The notes: generated by a model not told the origin, from the letters alone. 64,000 nucleotides of DNA from the human T2T-CHM13v2.0 reference genome, Homo sapiens (GCA_009914755.4 CP086569.2:15008001-15072000), one strand, 5' to 3'. Counted from the first letter of the stretch, positions 14,637-29,412 are shown. Translations and numbers: made by a program.

Positions 14637-14979
14637 AGCAAGGAAGGAAGGAAGGAAGGAAGGAAGAAAGGAAAGAAGGAAGGAAGGAAGGAAGGAAGGA
14701 AGGAAGGAAGGCAGGCCAGCCAGAGGGGAGGGGAGGGGTCACCTCTTCTGTAAGGAGCAATATGGAGGGAGGGAGGGAGGGAGAGAGGGAAGGAGGAGAG
14801 GGGAGGGGGGTCACCTGTCCCGTAAGGAGCAATATGGAGTGAGGGAGGGAGGGAGGGAAAGAGGGGAGGGGAGGGGAGGGGAAAGAAGGAGGGAAGGAAA
14901 AAAGAAAGGGGGGAAGGGATGGAGGGAGGGAGAGAGGAAGGAAGGAAGGAGGAAGGGAGGGAAGGAAGTAAGGAAGGAA
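14637..14979. repeat. Purine-rich (GGAA)n/(GGGA)n microsatellite with two embedded copies of a roughly 33-bp unit (ggggtcacctNtcNgtaaggagcaatatggag)
   Basis: Seen directly: aggaaggaaggaagg...; the motif ggggtcacctcttctgtaaggagcaatatggaggg recurs at about 14737 and about 14808. It generates the low-complexity ORFs 14486..14842 (+) and 14620..14994 (-). Confidence 0.9.
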
Positions 14980-16489
14980 TCTCTTTCTTATCACAATTTC
15001 ATTTTCTAAATCAGGTTTTCTTCACAACTGACCAGTGAACATGACGTTTTTCTCAGTCACCAATGACCTTCACATTGCTGCATGTAATGCTAATCTCAGC
15101 CCTGAGCTGACTGAACCTACACCAGTGTGTGAATTAATAAGTATTCTTTCTCAGGCAAAAGGAGAGAGAATGGAAATAAAGTATCATGGGCAGAGGAAGG
15201 TAGTAGGAGAATTGACTGCATCATCTGAAAGGAGTCATAGTTTTAAGTGGTCTTGAATAATTAAAAAACTCAAAAAAACTTATTCCAAGTTGTTTTTAAT
15301 TCTACTGAGGGCAGGTAAAGAAATTTAATATTAAAAGGTACAGAACATAAAAAAGATTGAGGATTGTCTTATTACAGTCAAGGAAAAGGAAGTGGGAGAA
15401 AATGGATGAATGAAATCTTAGAAGGAATAGGGCCAGATTTTGACAGACTTTTCTCCACAAAGGAGAAGTTAAGCTAAAATGAAGGGACACAGCTTTGCCC
15501 AGTGATACCAAAATTTGGAGGGTGAAAAGTGTTTAAAGATTATGCAAATTGCACTGACATTTGCAAGCAACAATGCGTGTATTCCTTTAGCAATATAGGG
15601 GAAAATATCTCAGGTAGGTCTCAACCTTTTATTTTGGAAAAATCTTTAGTTTAATATGATTGAAGTTGTATATATATACACATATGTGTGGTATTATTTA
15701 TGTATACATATTCTAATGAAATCGTCCTATTTGGACTACAATGAAAACCAGTAGTTCTTTCCTATACACTTCTCCATTTCTGGCACTGCAAATGCAGGCA
15801 TTTTAACTATTATAGCTGTTTTTTGAAGATATTTACTTTCTTTTTTAAAAATACCCAGAATTTTTTATTTTTTGTTTCAAAAATTATCTAGCTATTACTT
15901 ATTGGTTTATCTCTCTTATCATTTCCACTACTACTTTGCCTCTTCTACTCCCTCTCCGCTTATAATGAACACAAGAATTGGCTAAATCAAGTATACTTTG
16001 TTTATGTTATTAAGGCTGTATTTCAATTGTTCACAGTCAAACCATGTGATAAACAATTATTGCATTCCTTTCTATTAAAGTTCTTTTGTTTTCCTTGGAG
16101 TAAGCAATTACCTTTTGTTTACTTCTGTAATTTTTATGTATTTTCTTGAATTGTCTCCGCTTCTACCACAGAAATATATGCCTGTTTTCAAAAGAAACAG
16201 AAACACCTGTGTCTTCTTGGACCACTGAATTCACTGGGTCCGGACATGCTGCATAGTTTTGATATTTTAATTTCTTGTCACCATATTTCTCTCGTAATTT
16301 CTTTAGTTTCTCACTTGTGTTGGCACTACTACATCTTTACGCTCAGTCCTTTTCTATTTTGGTAAAGCACACCCTTTAGTAATTTCCTCAGAAAAGATGA
16401 TACATTTTTCAGACTTTATATCTGAAAATATTTGTAGTGTATACTCATATTTGACTGGTAAATTTACCTGGCCTTGTATAATATTCTAG

Positions 16490-16889
<400 letters not shown>

Positions 16890-19316
16890 TCAGTTAAATT
16901 CTTTATATACAATCATTAACCACTTGGTTGTTTTTCCTCTTTTTCACCAATTGCTGACAGTAAGAATTCCTCTCTCAAGAAATTTACCAACGCAAAGGAA
17001 ACAAATTTAGATGCTGACAGTGATGGTCACCTTGTGAAATAGCAAGATCTTTAGTGAATTATTGTACCATAAAGGTCACCATTAGAAAACAAGAGCTACC
17101 AATTGACATTTTAGTGTGTCACTCTCAACATGGAATGAGCTGTCCATGCAGACCAGATAGTTGACACAGGTTTTAACATGATATATAGACTAAGGCAAAC
17201 AAAATAGAGATTTAAGAGGAAAGAAAAAGAGACTCAGAGGAAAAAGGAAAACCACCCTTAAGGGAGAATATCTTTGCTATTTCTTCTTTTTTCTCTTCTG
17301 ACGTTAGGTGCTTAGTGCATTAATTTTGAGCCTTCTATCTTTACAAATATAAAAGAGAAAGTGAATTTTATGGTATAAAATATTAAAGTACAAAAGATTT
17401 GAGTTTATGGACAAAGGTAAGGAACATGTTCTAAAATAAAATCAGCATAGAGCTCAGACATGTTAGACTATTAAGTGAGCCTCACTCTGACATTTTGCCT
17501 AGTGCTGAGTGCTACTAATAATTTCATACAGTCAAAACAAAGTCTGGAACCATCAACATTCCTCCTTGAATCATTTCTTGCTTTATTAGGACATGTTCTG
17601 ACCCTGGGTTTAAAATAGGAGATCTCCAAGTGGTGCTTGTGGGAGAACCCTTTATGCAAAAGAGAGATGCTTCTTTCTTGAGACATTTCCAATTAGAATC
17701 GGCTACATAGCTTATGTAACATTTTTCAGGGATCCATGTCCCTAAGCCTATAAACAATACTAGCCAGACCAGTTACAGTGTGCTAAAAGTGGATCATAAA
17801 AACTTGGTAATAATATCTCCCACTAGAAAATACAATTATAGTATTTTCCTGGAGGTCTGACATGTGCAAGCTTACAGGTAAATTTCCCAAGTCACCTTTC
17901 TTTCTCTTCCTTGGTGCCCCCAGTTAAACAAGAAAAAGAATTCCTAAACTGCTGTTAGCCTTTTCTTTACTAAGGGTTTTAAGATTTTGGCGTTGAGATA
18001 TTTTTTCCTAAACTAGGTTTTTTAAATTGAACATTAAAAAATATAAAGTATGAGCAGAGATTTTGAGTGTTCATATAATTTTAGGAAGTTAGGTGAGCTA
18101 TTATTAATATTTAAGATATGCACACAAGAAAACAATAATAAAAGTGTGCTGTGAATGGCTTAGCAAGCAGTAGGCACTTGTCTAATAGAAAAATTATTTA
18201 GAGATTGAGAGGTAGCTCTGAATGCATCCTGTGTGCTTGTTAATCATTATTTTGAAAAGTCTGGAGACATGGTCCCTATTGCCTTTAAATTTCTTTACAT
18301 AGGTAATAGCATAATTTCTGACAAAGGGTAAGTGTTTTCAGTTTAATAATCATAGCAATTTCTTTTGAGCTATTACCCTATTCTTAGACAATATTCCAAA
18401 AATAGTCCTCACAGGTTTCAGACTGTAACACCTGCAAACCAGATGAACACCCCCGTAACAGTTGTATGCATTGGGAAATGTTATTCTCAAAAAACAATAA
18501 CTTCTGAAATTAAATTGAGTGTGGGGTAAATGAATCACTATACTTCTGAGTGAGGAAAAGTTGTATAAATCAATGGTACTCTCTAAGTAATATATGAGAG
18601 TGGACACTCAATCTGTTTCACATTAAGTTTGGGGCCAGGAGAGTGGGTTTGGGTTAGGAGTAGAGATTAATGATACTGTGTATATGTCCTACTCTGTGGG
18701 TTAATAGCTCAGTGTTCACTGGGGAAGTCAGTGATAGAAAGCAGTGGACATTGCATGTAAAGTTAGATATTTTGAAAGCATGTTCAATAGAAATTAGTTA
18801 AGTACTCCAGTGTGCATGATTAAATAAGTCTTTTGGGGTAAACTAGTAAACTGTCTGAAAAGGAAATGAAAGAAAAATGAAATGAATTATAAGCAACAAT
18901 GGCAGAAACAACTATAGACTATGTTGTGACCAGGGCTTGTGCCAAGTGGGGCCAAAACACTTCTGTGTCCTTTATATGTAATTCTTCTCACTTTCTTGTG
19001 TCATCCAATCAGTATTTGTCAGGGCTGGTACCTATAAAGAATGATACTTGAGTCCTCAAATAGGAGAGTAAATTAGTCAAGAGAAAGTCCAAGGCTGGTG
19101 GGAATGGGGTCTTGGAAGTGAGAACAGTGAGGAGAACTAACTGGAGAGGAGGGTAGAATTATGGGAATATGATGGTGAGCAACGGCAAAGCCATCCCTGT
19201 CTTTATTGGGATGCAGCCATATGGGGAGAAACAGACACATTTTCAAAAGCTACTACAACATCATATGATGAATGTCTGAAGATGTAAGTACATGTGAGTT
19301 CACCTGAAAGGTCCCT

Positions 19317-19706
19317 GATATGGTTTAGCTCTGTATCCCTGCCCAAATCTCACATCGAATTGTAATTCCCAATGTGGGGAGAGGGAGCTGGTGGAAGATG
19401 ATTGGACCATGATAGTGGATTTCCCATTGCTGTTCTCATGATAGTAAGTCAGTTCTCACAAAAACTGATTGTTTAAAAGTGGGTAGTACTTCCACTTTTT
19501 CTCTGTCTCTCTGTTTCTCCTCCTCTGCCATATTAAGACTTGCTTGCTTCACCTTTGCCCGCTGCCATGATTGTAAGTTTACTGAGGCCTTCCAGCCATG
19601 CTTCCTTTACAGCCTGTGGAACTATGCATAAGTTAAACCTCTTTTCTTCATAAATTATCCAGTCTCAGGTAGTTGTTTATAGCTGTGTGAGAATGGACTA
19701 ATACAG
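19317..19706 (+). mobile_element. Solo MaLR LTR, THE1/MST class
   Basis: tgatatggtttagctctgtatccctgcccaaatctcacatcgaattgtaattcccaatgtggggagagggagctggtgg...gattggaccatgatagtggatttcccattgctgttctcatgatagtaagtcag...cataagttaaacctcttttcttcataaattatccagtctcaggtagttgtttatagctgtgtgagaatggactaataca gives a THE1-type start (TGATATGGTTTGGCTGTGTCC...) and end (...GGACTAATACA). Confidence 0.8.
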
Positions 19707-20079
19707 CCACTAAATTAGTTACAGGTGTAAGTCAAACTTCATGAAGAAACTGACATCTATCAGGAGACAGGAATTTGAAAAGGAGCAGATGAAAAGTGGC
19801 AGCAAATATTTAAAAAGTACTTCTATTTTGGAAAAGATGATGTTTCCTTGTGATTTGAAATAGGAATTGGCATGACATATGTGATAATCCAGAGAAAAGA
19901 ATACGGAAGAAATGGATAAATACTGAATAGCAGAACATCCAGACAAAAGAAAACATTCAAAGGCCTTTGACCTTTAAAGAACAGGTTTAACTGAATATGA
20001 CACTTGGGGATCTCCAGAAAATAGATCCTGAAAGACCATCAGTATCATCTTCTATCACCCACTGCAACAGACTGAATGT

Positions 20080-20775
20080 TTATGTCACCAAAATTCCTAT
20101 GTTGAAACCATAACCCCTGGCCAGGTGTAGTAGCTCACCCCTGTAATCCCAGAATTTTGAGAGGCAGTTTGTCTTACCTTTGGAAGGCAAAGGCAAGTGG
20201 ATTGCTTGAGATGAGGAGTTCAAGACCAGACTAGGCAACACAGTGAAACTCCTTCCCTACTAAAAATGCAAAAATTAACCAGGCAGTGTGACACATGCCT
20301 TCAGTCCCAGCTACTTGGGGAGCTGAGGTGGAAAGATGAATTCAGCATGGGAGGTCAAGGCTGCAGTGAGCCTTGATCTTGCCACTGCACTCTAACCTGG
20401 GCAAGCAAGAGACCCTGTCTCAAAACAACAGAAACAAAACCAAAAAGGAAAGAAAAATAAATCCTAACTCCCACAGGATGATATTGGGAGGCAGGGGCTT
20501 TGAGAGGTGATTAGGTCCATGAGGGAAAAGCCTTCATGAATGGGATTAGTGCCCTTATAAAAGGAACCCCAGGGAACTCCCTTGCTCCTTCCACCCTGTG
20601 AGGGCATAACAAGAAGGCACAATTTCTGTGAGCCAGGAAGTTCATCCAGCAGACACAGAATATGTCATGCCTTGATCTTGGACTTCCAGCCTATGACGGT
20701 GAGCAATAAATGTTGTTTATAGGCCACCCACTTTATGATGTCATTATAGCAGCCTTAACTAACTAATCTACAACT
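20080..20775 (+). mobile_element. MaLR LTR (MST/MLT-like), split near its 5' end by an Alu insertion
   Basis: 5' piece tgtcaccaaaattcctatgttgaaaccataaccc (20080-20118). After the Alu: gatattgggaggcaggggctttgagaggtgattaggtccatgagggaaaagccttcatgaatgggattagtgcccttataaaagg...cttgatcttggacttccagcctatgacggtgagcaataaatgttgtttataggccacccactttatgatgtcattatagcagcc, the MST-like core and tail. Subfamily uncertain. Confidence 0.6.
20119..20460 (+). mobile_element. Alu SINE (AluJ-like), sense, nested in the MaLR LTR
   Basis: ggccaggtgtagtagctcacccctgtaatcccagaattttgagaggcag...tcaagaccagactaggcaacacagtgaaactcc...cagtcccagctacttggggagctgaggtgg...ctgcagtgagccttgatcttgccactgcactctaacctgggcaagcaagagaccctgtctcaaaacaac plus an A-rich tail. 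Confidence 0.9.
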
Positions 20776-21760
20776 TTCCCACCTGGGCATTCAAAGCCGT
20801 ACAACCACTCTTGACTTTGTTCCAGATCAAATAGCAACAGCTTAACAGCTGGTAGGATATGGGGTAGAGAACTCAGTGGAATTATCAAATGGTAATGGAA
20901 GGCTGTAAATTGCTACAAGCATTTCAAGGTGCAGTTTACCTTAAGGTCTGCTAAGAGCCTTACAAATATTTATACAAGGTATTATTGTCTCCATCCTACA
21001 TAAGATGGAACCACAGTTCAGAACAGTATGTTGATCAACTTGAAGTCACATGTCAGAGCTTGGATTTGAACTCACATTTGCCTGGTTTCAGTGCACTCGT
21101 TCCTTCCATTGCATCTCACTCTCAGCAAAGCCAGGATATAATCCTAAATTATACTATACAATGTTATGGTACTGATTTTGCTTATGTAAAAGATGTTTCT
21201 TTCTATTATGCAAAGACAAGACACTAGGAACTCACATCCATGATAGAAATGGCTATTTTATATGAACATCATTTGCTTTCATCAAAGAAATGACATTGTG
21301 ATGGGAAAATGGATTTAGTCATGGTATTCTGATTCCATCATAATAATGCTTTATATTTTTAAATGTGTTTGTGTTTTTGATGGATCAGGAAACAAGTAAC
21401 CTGTGAGGAAGTTTAGACCAACACTGGGCTTAGTATATGTTCCAAATGCATTTATTTTATATTCACTTCTAATCCATATTGGATAAGAAAAACATAAATT
21501 TTAAAAAATGAAGCTCAATTGGTTAGTTCTCCCAATATAAAACCCATGATAAATGTATTATTAATTTTTTAGGAATTACGTCTTCATCTATGTAAATTAA
21601 TAAGATCAAATCTAAGGACATATAAAAAATGACATGAAGGAGAAGCCCAATGCAAACACAATTGGAAACACAAGAAGAGAATGAATTTAGCCACAAGTTG
21701 TCAGTTTATATTGTTAAAACCTGATTAGAGAGTGAAAGTGAAATGCCAAATTAAAAATAA

Positions 21761-22081
<321 letters not shown>

Positions 22082-22735
22082 TTACCTGAACCAGAGCAAA
22101 AAATTAACCACACCTCACATCACATAAACTCAGCTTAACTATGTTATGGTGGTAGATTGGGGAAAGAGCCTAAAAAGATACAACAAAGTAACAAAGTTTA
22201 TAACACTGCTAGTTGCAAATCATAGAAGGTTAACTCTAACAATTTTTATTTCAATAGTAAAGTCCTCTAGAAAGGTACATTATTAGACTCAATTTTTATG
22301 TCACAATCTTTGAAGTTGTGTCTTAAAACAAAATATATTATTCAAAATTGTTTTCAATATATTCATTTCTCTTATCGTATATGCGTATTTGTCTATTTTA
22401 AGAAATTGGAAAATAATTTGGTTGTGTAGGGAGTCAATACTGGGTCAATATTAGATTCACACACAATAAAAAAACCAGTCAAACAATTATAGCACATCAC
22501 CACGTTAGTTATCTTTAAATCTTATAGATGGTACAATATGAGCATTGTGGCATTATTGTAACTGCAACGGATACGTTAAAATTAGAAATGTATATTAGTT
22601 CTCATTTTAACATTCATAGTTGTTGGTAGACCCATCTGAAAGATGTTCACCTTCAGTTTAATGATATATTTATGTGGATTCACAATTCTTATGAGCGTTA
22701 ATGGAAACTTTGAAGCTTTAAAAAATGAAAAAGTA

Positions 22736-23079
<344 letters not shown>

Positions 23080-26000
23080 CTATTGGATGAGGTATTCAAT
23101 TCATTCCTAAAATACAAAATACTGCTTGTTTTGACTCTTACAGCTGGAATAATTGGTGCAATTAAAATAATGAGATAGTCCAAACAGTGGTATATGCATT
23201 ATAAATATAGAGTGATATGTAATTTGTAATTCCTATATCATTGTTATGCTGATATATTTCTAATTATAATGTTTTGAGCTAATAGGAATATGTTTTGTCA
23301 TATGGATTATATTCTGGGAAAATTATCTGTTATGATAGCTAATTTGAAAACCTTTTTGAGTAGATATAAAATATAATATTAATGTGTATTTTGGAAAAAG
23401 AACTTTGGAAAACTGTTCAGAGGTATCTGCAAGCTGAATACATACATGCTCTATGACCCAACATTTTCATTCCTGTGTAAATATCCAACATAAGTGGGTA
23501 TATGTTTTCACCAAAGACATATGTAAGAACAGTTATAGTGTCATCATGTAGTAATTTTAAGCTATACAGTTTTAAGGCTTTGGCCATCTGACCTGTTTGA
23601 GTGAGAAGGCAGCAATGATGATTTGAAAATTGGATATGGGCACTGCATGGCAGAATTAATACTTAATTATTACTTGCAATTGAAAACAAATTTGTTCATA
23701 TCCTGAATAATATGATAGTTAATACTAGCTTACCAACATTTACTGACTGCTGTGTGGAAGAATAAATTGATTGCTTCTGTGAATATTTAGTCTTAGCACT
23801 TGATTTGTATTAACTCCTTTAATACTGAAAACAACTTTATGAAATATTATGCTCTTTTCAAAGGCCAGTAACATGAAATGTAAAAAGATGACTTATTCAA
23901 AATCAAGCAAATAGTAAGTAATAAGTGGCACAAAAAAATACATCAGGTAAATGTTAGGAAGACTGACTGTTAGATGGCTTCATTTTGTAGTGTCAGTGCT
24001 CATTTTTTTTTTTTTTTTGAGTAGGTATGTAAACTGCAATCTAAAATATCCAAAGAACTCAGACATGTGAAGATACCAGGGTAGATTATTCCAAGCAAAG
24101 GGAGCAGCTTCTAAAACAGGCTGCAGGCAGGATTCAGGGTTGAGTGTTTAATGAACTGAAAAATTCAGCTAACAGAACTGAAGCAATCATGATTGAGAAG
24201 AGAGTGAGAGGCAAAGAGGTGGTAGAAATGTGTAAGTGCTAGTAACAAAAGAACTTCTCGGCTAGGTAAGAGTTTCACTTCCATTTTTAAGTGTGTTTGG
24301 AAGTGCTGGAGCATTTTGATCAAAGGAGCAATATTTTATTATCCAAAATGTGGGAATTTGGGATTAATGGTAGCTGGGAGACTTAGGAAACTTCTGTGAG
24401 AACAAAGATGAAAAATGATGGCTGCATGAAATAAGGTGACACTAACAGAAATGAAGAAAATTGAACAGATGTGAAGCATAATGTAAAACTAGAGCTGACA
24501 AGAGTTATTAATACAGCCTGTTAATGGATGTGGGTGGAGGTAAAGACAGGAATCACGTGTATATACCTGGGTGCACATGCTGTTCACTGAGACACAGAAA
24601 CTGAAGATGAGAGTTGGAGTTTGTGTAGGATCTAGAACCAATAGCTTTATTTTGGACGTGCTCATTTTGAGTTGCCTTGTAGGCATCAAAATGTAGGTAT
24701 GAATTAGCCCGTTAGATTTAGGAATTTAGAGAAGTCAGAGCAGGAGATAAGAATTTGAGGTCATCATGATATAAACACTATACATGACTGTGAGAATAGA
24801 TAACATTGTCTGCAGAGACACAAGAGCTGGAGGAAAAACAGATGTCAAGAATGGGGCTTTGGGAGAATTTGATATCTGGAAAAGGAGAAGATGGCTAAGA
24901 AGAAACATTGACTATGTGTGTGCTGTTTTTCGAAATAAGAAAATGTGTTTATGACACAAATTGTTTAATAAAAAAGTATTAAGACAAAAATAACAGCTAA
25001 ATAACATGCTTTTTGAAAAATTTCTAACATTTAACAAAATGGCAATCAAAATTTTAAAATTAAATATATATACAAGTATATGCTTTGTATATTTGTTTGA
25101 TTGTGTTTCAGAGAAAGAAATCTCAGCTACCACAACATCTCAAACAAATATTTGTCATGTGGCATGAGGAGTTTAATTATCCTCCTGATAGCCAGTGTAA
25201 AGAGAGATCTAACTTAAGAAATATGTTTGTTTCCTTGTTCCAAAAGAAAAAAAAAACTCAATCAAGGACAATATCTTATTTTTTAAAGTAGTACTACTAC
25301 AGTCTTCACACCTTTCAAGCTCATCTTTCTTTGGTTCAAACCCAAAGTGGCTACCTGATAAAGGATGGTGCATGATTACCTGATTCAGCAATGTTATGTT
25401 AATTTAGGTTTCTCAGGTGACCATCTCAAATGAATGCCAGATGGCACTTCAACCAGCTAATGGACCACAAAGAGCGGTTGGAACAGCATCTGCCTGGCAC
25501 TCATCCCTTTGTTGAGGTACAATCAGATTATCTGAACTTCCTACTAACACATTACCTTGGAGTAAGAACCATCTGTTTCTGAAAGGTGTATTCATTCATG
25601 TTAATTTGTGTAAAAGCACAGTTCTTTGGGTGAGCACATAAGCTACAGATTTAACAATTTAACAGTTACTTTCTTCATACTTGTCCAAAGTGAATACTGC
25701 CATTCTCCCCAACTGATTATATAGTACAACAGTAATTTGTGAGGAAATGGTAGCAAAACACCATATCATCTCTTTGTAGGACAATCACCTTTAGAGTAAT
25801 GCTTAATTGCTTTGAGTACACCACACTTCCTGGTCGAAATTTAGCCTGAGTGGTATTACACTATGAGTGACTTACAGTTTGACACTTCCATGCCTTGAGA
25901 CTAAATAAAGGGATCTTGATGGGGATGCAGTGGCCATGTCAAGCCCACAGAATTTCTTAAAAGGAAGCCTCTTTATCTTTAACCTTGATTCTTAGATTCA

Positions 26001-26340
26001 GACATTGTCTTGTCCTGTATCACTGAAAGTAAAAGCGGAGCCTTGAGCCTTATTCCTACAATATCCTGTGTTGTGTTCATCAGAACACAACAAACACTTA
26101 CCTCATGTAATTCTTGGGGCCCTTCCCCTATCTTTTTTTCCTAATAGCAGGTTTTGTATCCTATGCGTCATGCTTTTCAGAAAATTTGGAGTTTCAGCTT
26201 GTCATTTGCTCTTAATTTTATAAAGTACCAGTTAGGATAATAGTTAATGATATCTTGGAAGTCCTGAAAATTAAAAAAAAAGTAGAAATCTCATCACTTA
26301 GACATAATCATTTATTAACGTCTCTTAGGATTCTGAGTAT

Positions 26341-26470
26341 TTTTCCTCCACCTTCATCTGATCCTCCTTCCTCTCCCCATTTTCCTTTTCTTCTTCCTTC
26401 TCTTTCTTCTTCTCCCTTCTCCTCCCCCCTTTCCTCTTCTTTTTCTCCATCTCCTCCATCTTCTTCCTCA
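26341..26470. repeat. CT-rich (polypyrimidine) low-complexity tract
   Basis: ttcctccaccttcatctgatcctccttcctctccccattttccttttcttcttccttctctttcttcttctcccttctcctcccccctttcctcttctttttctccatctcc. Source of ORFs 26255..26533 (+) and 26308..26508 (-). Confidence 0.8.
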
Positions 26471-26833
26471 CCAGCAAGATATTTTGGTATAGCTGGTTCA
26501 ATGAACAAAGACAGTGATCAACTCAACTTTTAGTCCTTCTCCAGTTCCTAGAGGGAGTTCCAATCCTCCAGTGACAAGGTTGGTTTCCCTGGCAACCAGC
26601 CCCATCCTGAGGCTTTTCAAGAGCCCACCAGAAGAACAAAATATTCTCCTATCACCCAGAACATTTCTAAGAATTTAAGAGCTCTGATCCAGGAACTGAA
26701 AGTCAAATAAAAGTATTAGAAAAAAAGATTCTTCTAGCACCTCTATCTAGAGGATTTTAGGTGTTCCTGGCAAGTTCTTTTGCCAGGAACTGAGGGCCGG
26801 AGACTAAACATGTTTTTTACTATGCTATAATAC

Positions 26834-28930
26834 ATGATATGGTTTGGCTGTGAACCCACCCAAATCTCAACTTGAATTGTAAGAAGGACCTTTCACCTCC
26901 CACCATGATTTTGGGACCTGTCCAGCCTTAGGGAACTGTAAGTTCAATTATACTGATTTTTCTTCCCAGTCTCAGGTATATCTTTATCAGTAGTGTTAAT
27001 ACAGACTAACACAGTAAATTGATGTAGAGGGGGGCACTACTGAAAAGGTACCCAAAAGTGTGGAAGCCACTTTGGAACTGGGTAACAAGCAGAGGTTGCA
27101 ACAGTTTGGAGGGCTCAGAAGAAGACAGGAAAACGTGGGAAAGTTTTGAACTTCCTGGAGACTTGTTGAATGGCTTTACCCAAAATGCTGGTAGCGATGT
27201 GGATAGTAAGGTTTAGTCTGAGGCAGTCTTAGTTGAAAAGGAAGAACTTGTTGGGAACTGGAGTGAAGGTGACTGTTTTTATGTTTTATCAAAGAGTTTT
27301 GGGGTATATGCCCCTGCCCTACAGAATTGTGGAATTTTGAACTTAAGAAAGATGATTTAGGGTATCTGGAGGAAGACATTTCTGAGCAGCAAAGCATTCA
27401 AGAATTGTCTTGAGTACTGTTAAAGTCATTCAATTTTATAAGGGAAGCAGACTATAAAAGTTTGGTAAATTAGCAGCCCGACTATGCAATAGAAGAGAAA
27501 TTCCTATTTTCTTGGGAGAAATTCAAGGTGGCTGCAGAAACTTGCATAAGGAGCAATGAGCCTAATGTTAATCTCCATGAGCATGGGGAGAATTTCTCCG
27601 GGTCATATCAGAGGCCTTCATGACAGACCCTCCCATGAAAGGCCTGGAATACCAGGAGGAGAAAGTGAATTTGTGGGCTGGGCTCAGGGTCCCCATCCTA
27701 TGTGCAGACTAGGGACTTGGTGCCCTGTGTCCTAGCTGCTCCAGCTGTGGCTGAAAGGGGCTAACATAGAGCTTGGGCTGTGGCTTCAGAGGGTGGAAGC
27801 TCTTAACCTTGGCAGCTGCCTTGTGGTGTTAAGCCTGTGGGTGCACAGAAGTCAAGAATTGAAGTTTGGGAACGTCCAAGATTTCAGAAGATGTATGGAA
27901 ACACCTGTATGCCCAGGCAAAAGTTTGCTGCAGGGGTGGGGCCCTCATGGATAACCTTTGGCTAGGGTTGTGTCAAAGGGAAATGTGGGGTTGGATCCCC
28001 TACACAGAGTCCCTACTGGGCTACTGCCCAGTGGATGTAGCCAGAAGAGGGCCACTGTCTTCCAGATCCCAGAATGGTAGATCCACCAACAGCTTGCACC
28101 ATATGCCTAGAAAAGCTGCAGACACTCAATGCCAGCCCACGAAAGCAGCCCGGAGTGAGGCTGTACCCAGCAAAGCCACAGAGGCAGAGCTGCCCCAAAT
28201 CATGGGAACCTACCTCTTGCATCAGTGTGACCTGGTGTGAGACCAGGAGACAAAGGAGACCATTTTGGAGCTTTATAATTTGACTTCCCTGCTGGATTTC
28301 AGACTTGCATGGGCCCTGTAACCCCTTTGTTTAGGCCAATTTCTCCCATTTGGAATGGCTGTATTTACCAAATACTTGTATCACCATTGTATCTAGGAAG
28401 TAACTAGCTTGCTTTAGATTTTACTGGCTCTTAGGCAGAAGGGACTTGCCTTGTCTCAGATGAGACTTTGGACTGTGGACTTTTGGGTTAATGATAAAAT
28501 GAGTTAAGATTCTTTGGGGCTGTTGAAAAGATATGATTGGTTTTGAAATGTGAAAACATGAGATTTGTAGGGGAGCAGAGGTAGAATGATATGGTTTGCC
28601 TCTGTCCCCACCCAAATCTCAACTTGAATTATATCTCCCATAACTCCCACATGTTGTGGAAGGGACACGGGGGGAGGTAATTGAATCATGGGGAATGATC
28701 TTTCCCATGCTATTCTCATGATAGTGAATAAGTTTCAGGAGATCTGATGGGTTTATCCAGGTTCTTGATTTTGCTTCTTTTTCATTTTTCTCTTGCCTCT
28801 ACCATGTAAGAACCATCTTTCACCTCTCATCATGATTATGAAGCCTCCCCAGTCTTATGGAAATGTAAGTTCAATTAAACTTCTTTTTATTCCAGTCTTG
28901 GGCATGTCAGCATGAAAACAGACTGATACA
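26834..28930 (+). mobile_element. Near full-length MaLR retrotransposon (THE1/MST class): 5' LTR with internal deletion (26834-27013), internal region (27014-28585), 3' LTR (28586-28930)
   Basis: Both ends begin tgatatggtttggctgtgaacccacccaaatctcaacttgaattgtaa / tgatatggtttgcctctgtccccacccaaatctcaacttgaattatatctcccataactcccacatgttgtggaagggacacgggggg. The 3' LTR ends ...aacagactgataca. The internal part carries MaLR-internal-like strings (gactttggactgtggacttttgggttaatgataaaatgagttaagattctttggggctgttgaaaagatatgattggttttgaaatgtgaaaacatgag). Possible 5-bp TSD ATAC(A/T). Confidence 0.8.
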
Positions 28931-29365
28931 ATACTACAGGCACTTTAGAGGAGTGTTGGATAGAACTGGAGACATATGTCCAGGGTCCTCCAAGCTAACT
29001 GCTAGGTCGTTACTAGAGTGCAGGTCTTTCCTCACTCAAACACAAAGGCAGGCCAGCAGCATCACACTGACCAACTTGAGAGGGAGAATAGACAGATATA
29101 TCCCTGCTTTTATACTCAGGTCCCAGAAAAGTCTATTCTTTCACTGGGAAAAATTAAAATGGATGTTTGTTTTCTGTGGATGCTTTTTTTTTTTTTTTTT
29201 GCATTACAGTTGAAGCTTTTTAAAAATTACGACCTCCTTCCCTCTTCACCTTCTCTTCCTCCTCCCGTACCTCCTCTTTCCCCATCTTCTTCTTTAACTC
29301 TCTCTGTCTCTCTTTCTATGTGTGGTGGCAGATACACATAAGGGTGTATAAAGAGGGGCATACAT

Positions 29366-29412
29366 AGATCTATCTATCTGTCTATCTATCTATCTATCTG
29401 TCTATCTATTTT

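Noticed and set aside
14169-14994. ORF 14169..14615 (148 aa, S/P/T-rich) and ORFs 14486..14842 / 14620..14994
   Set aside because: The first has no recognisable domain and overlaps a degenerate repeat-like region. The latter two are produced by the GGAA/GGGA microsatellite (EGRK / PSLP repeats). None has any support as a gene.
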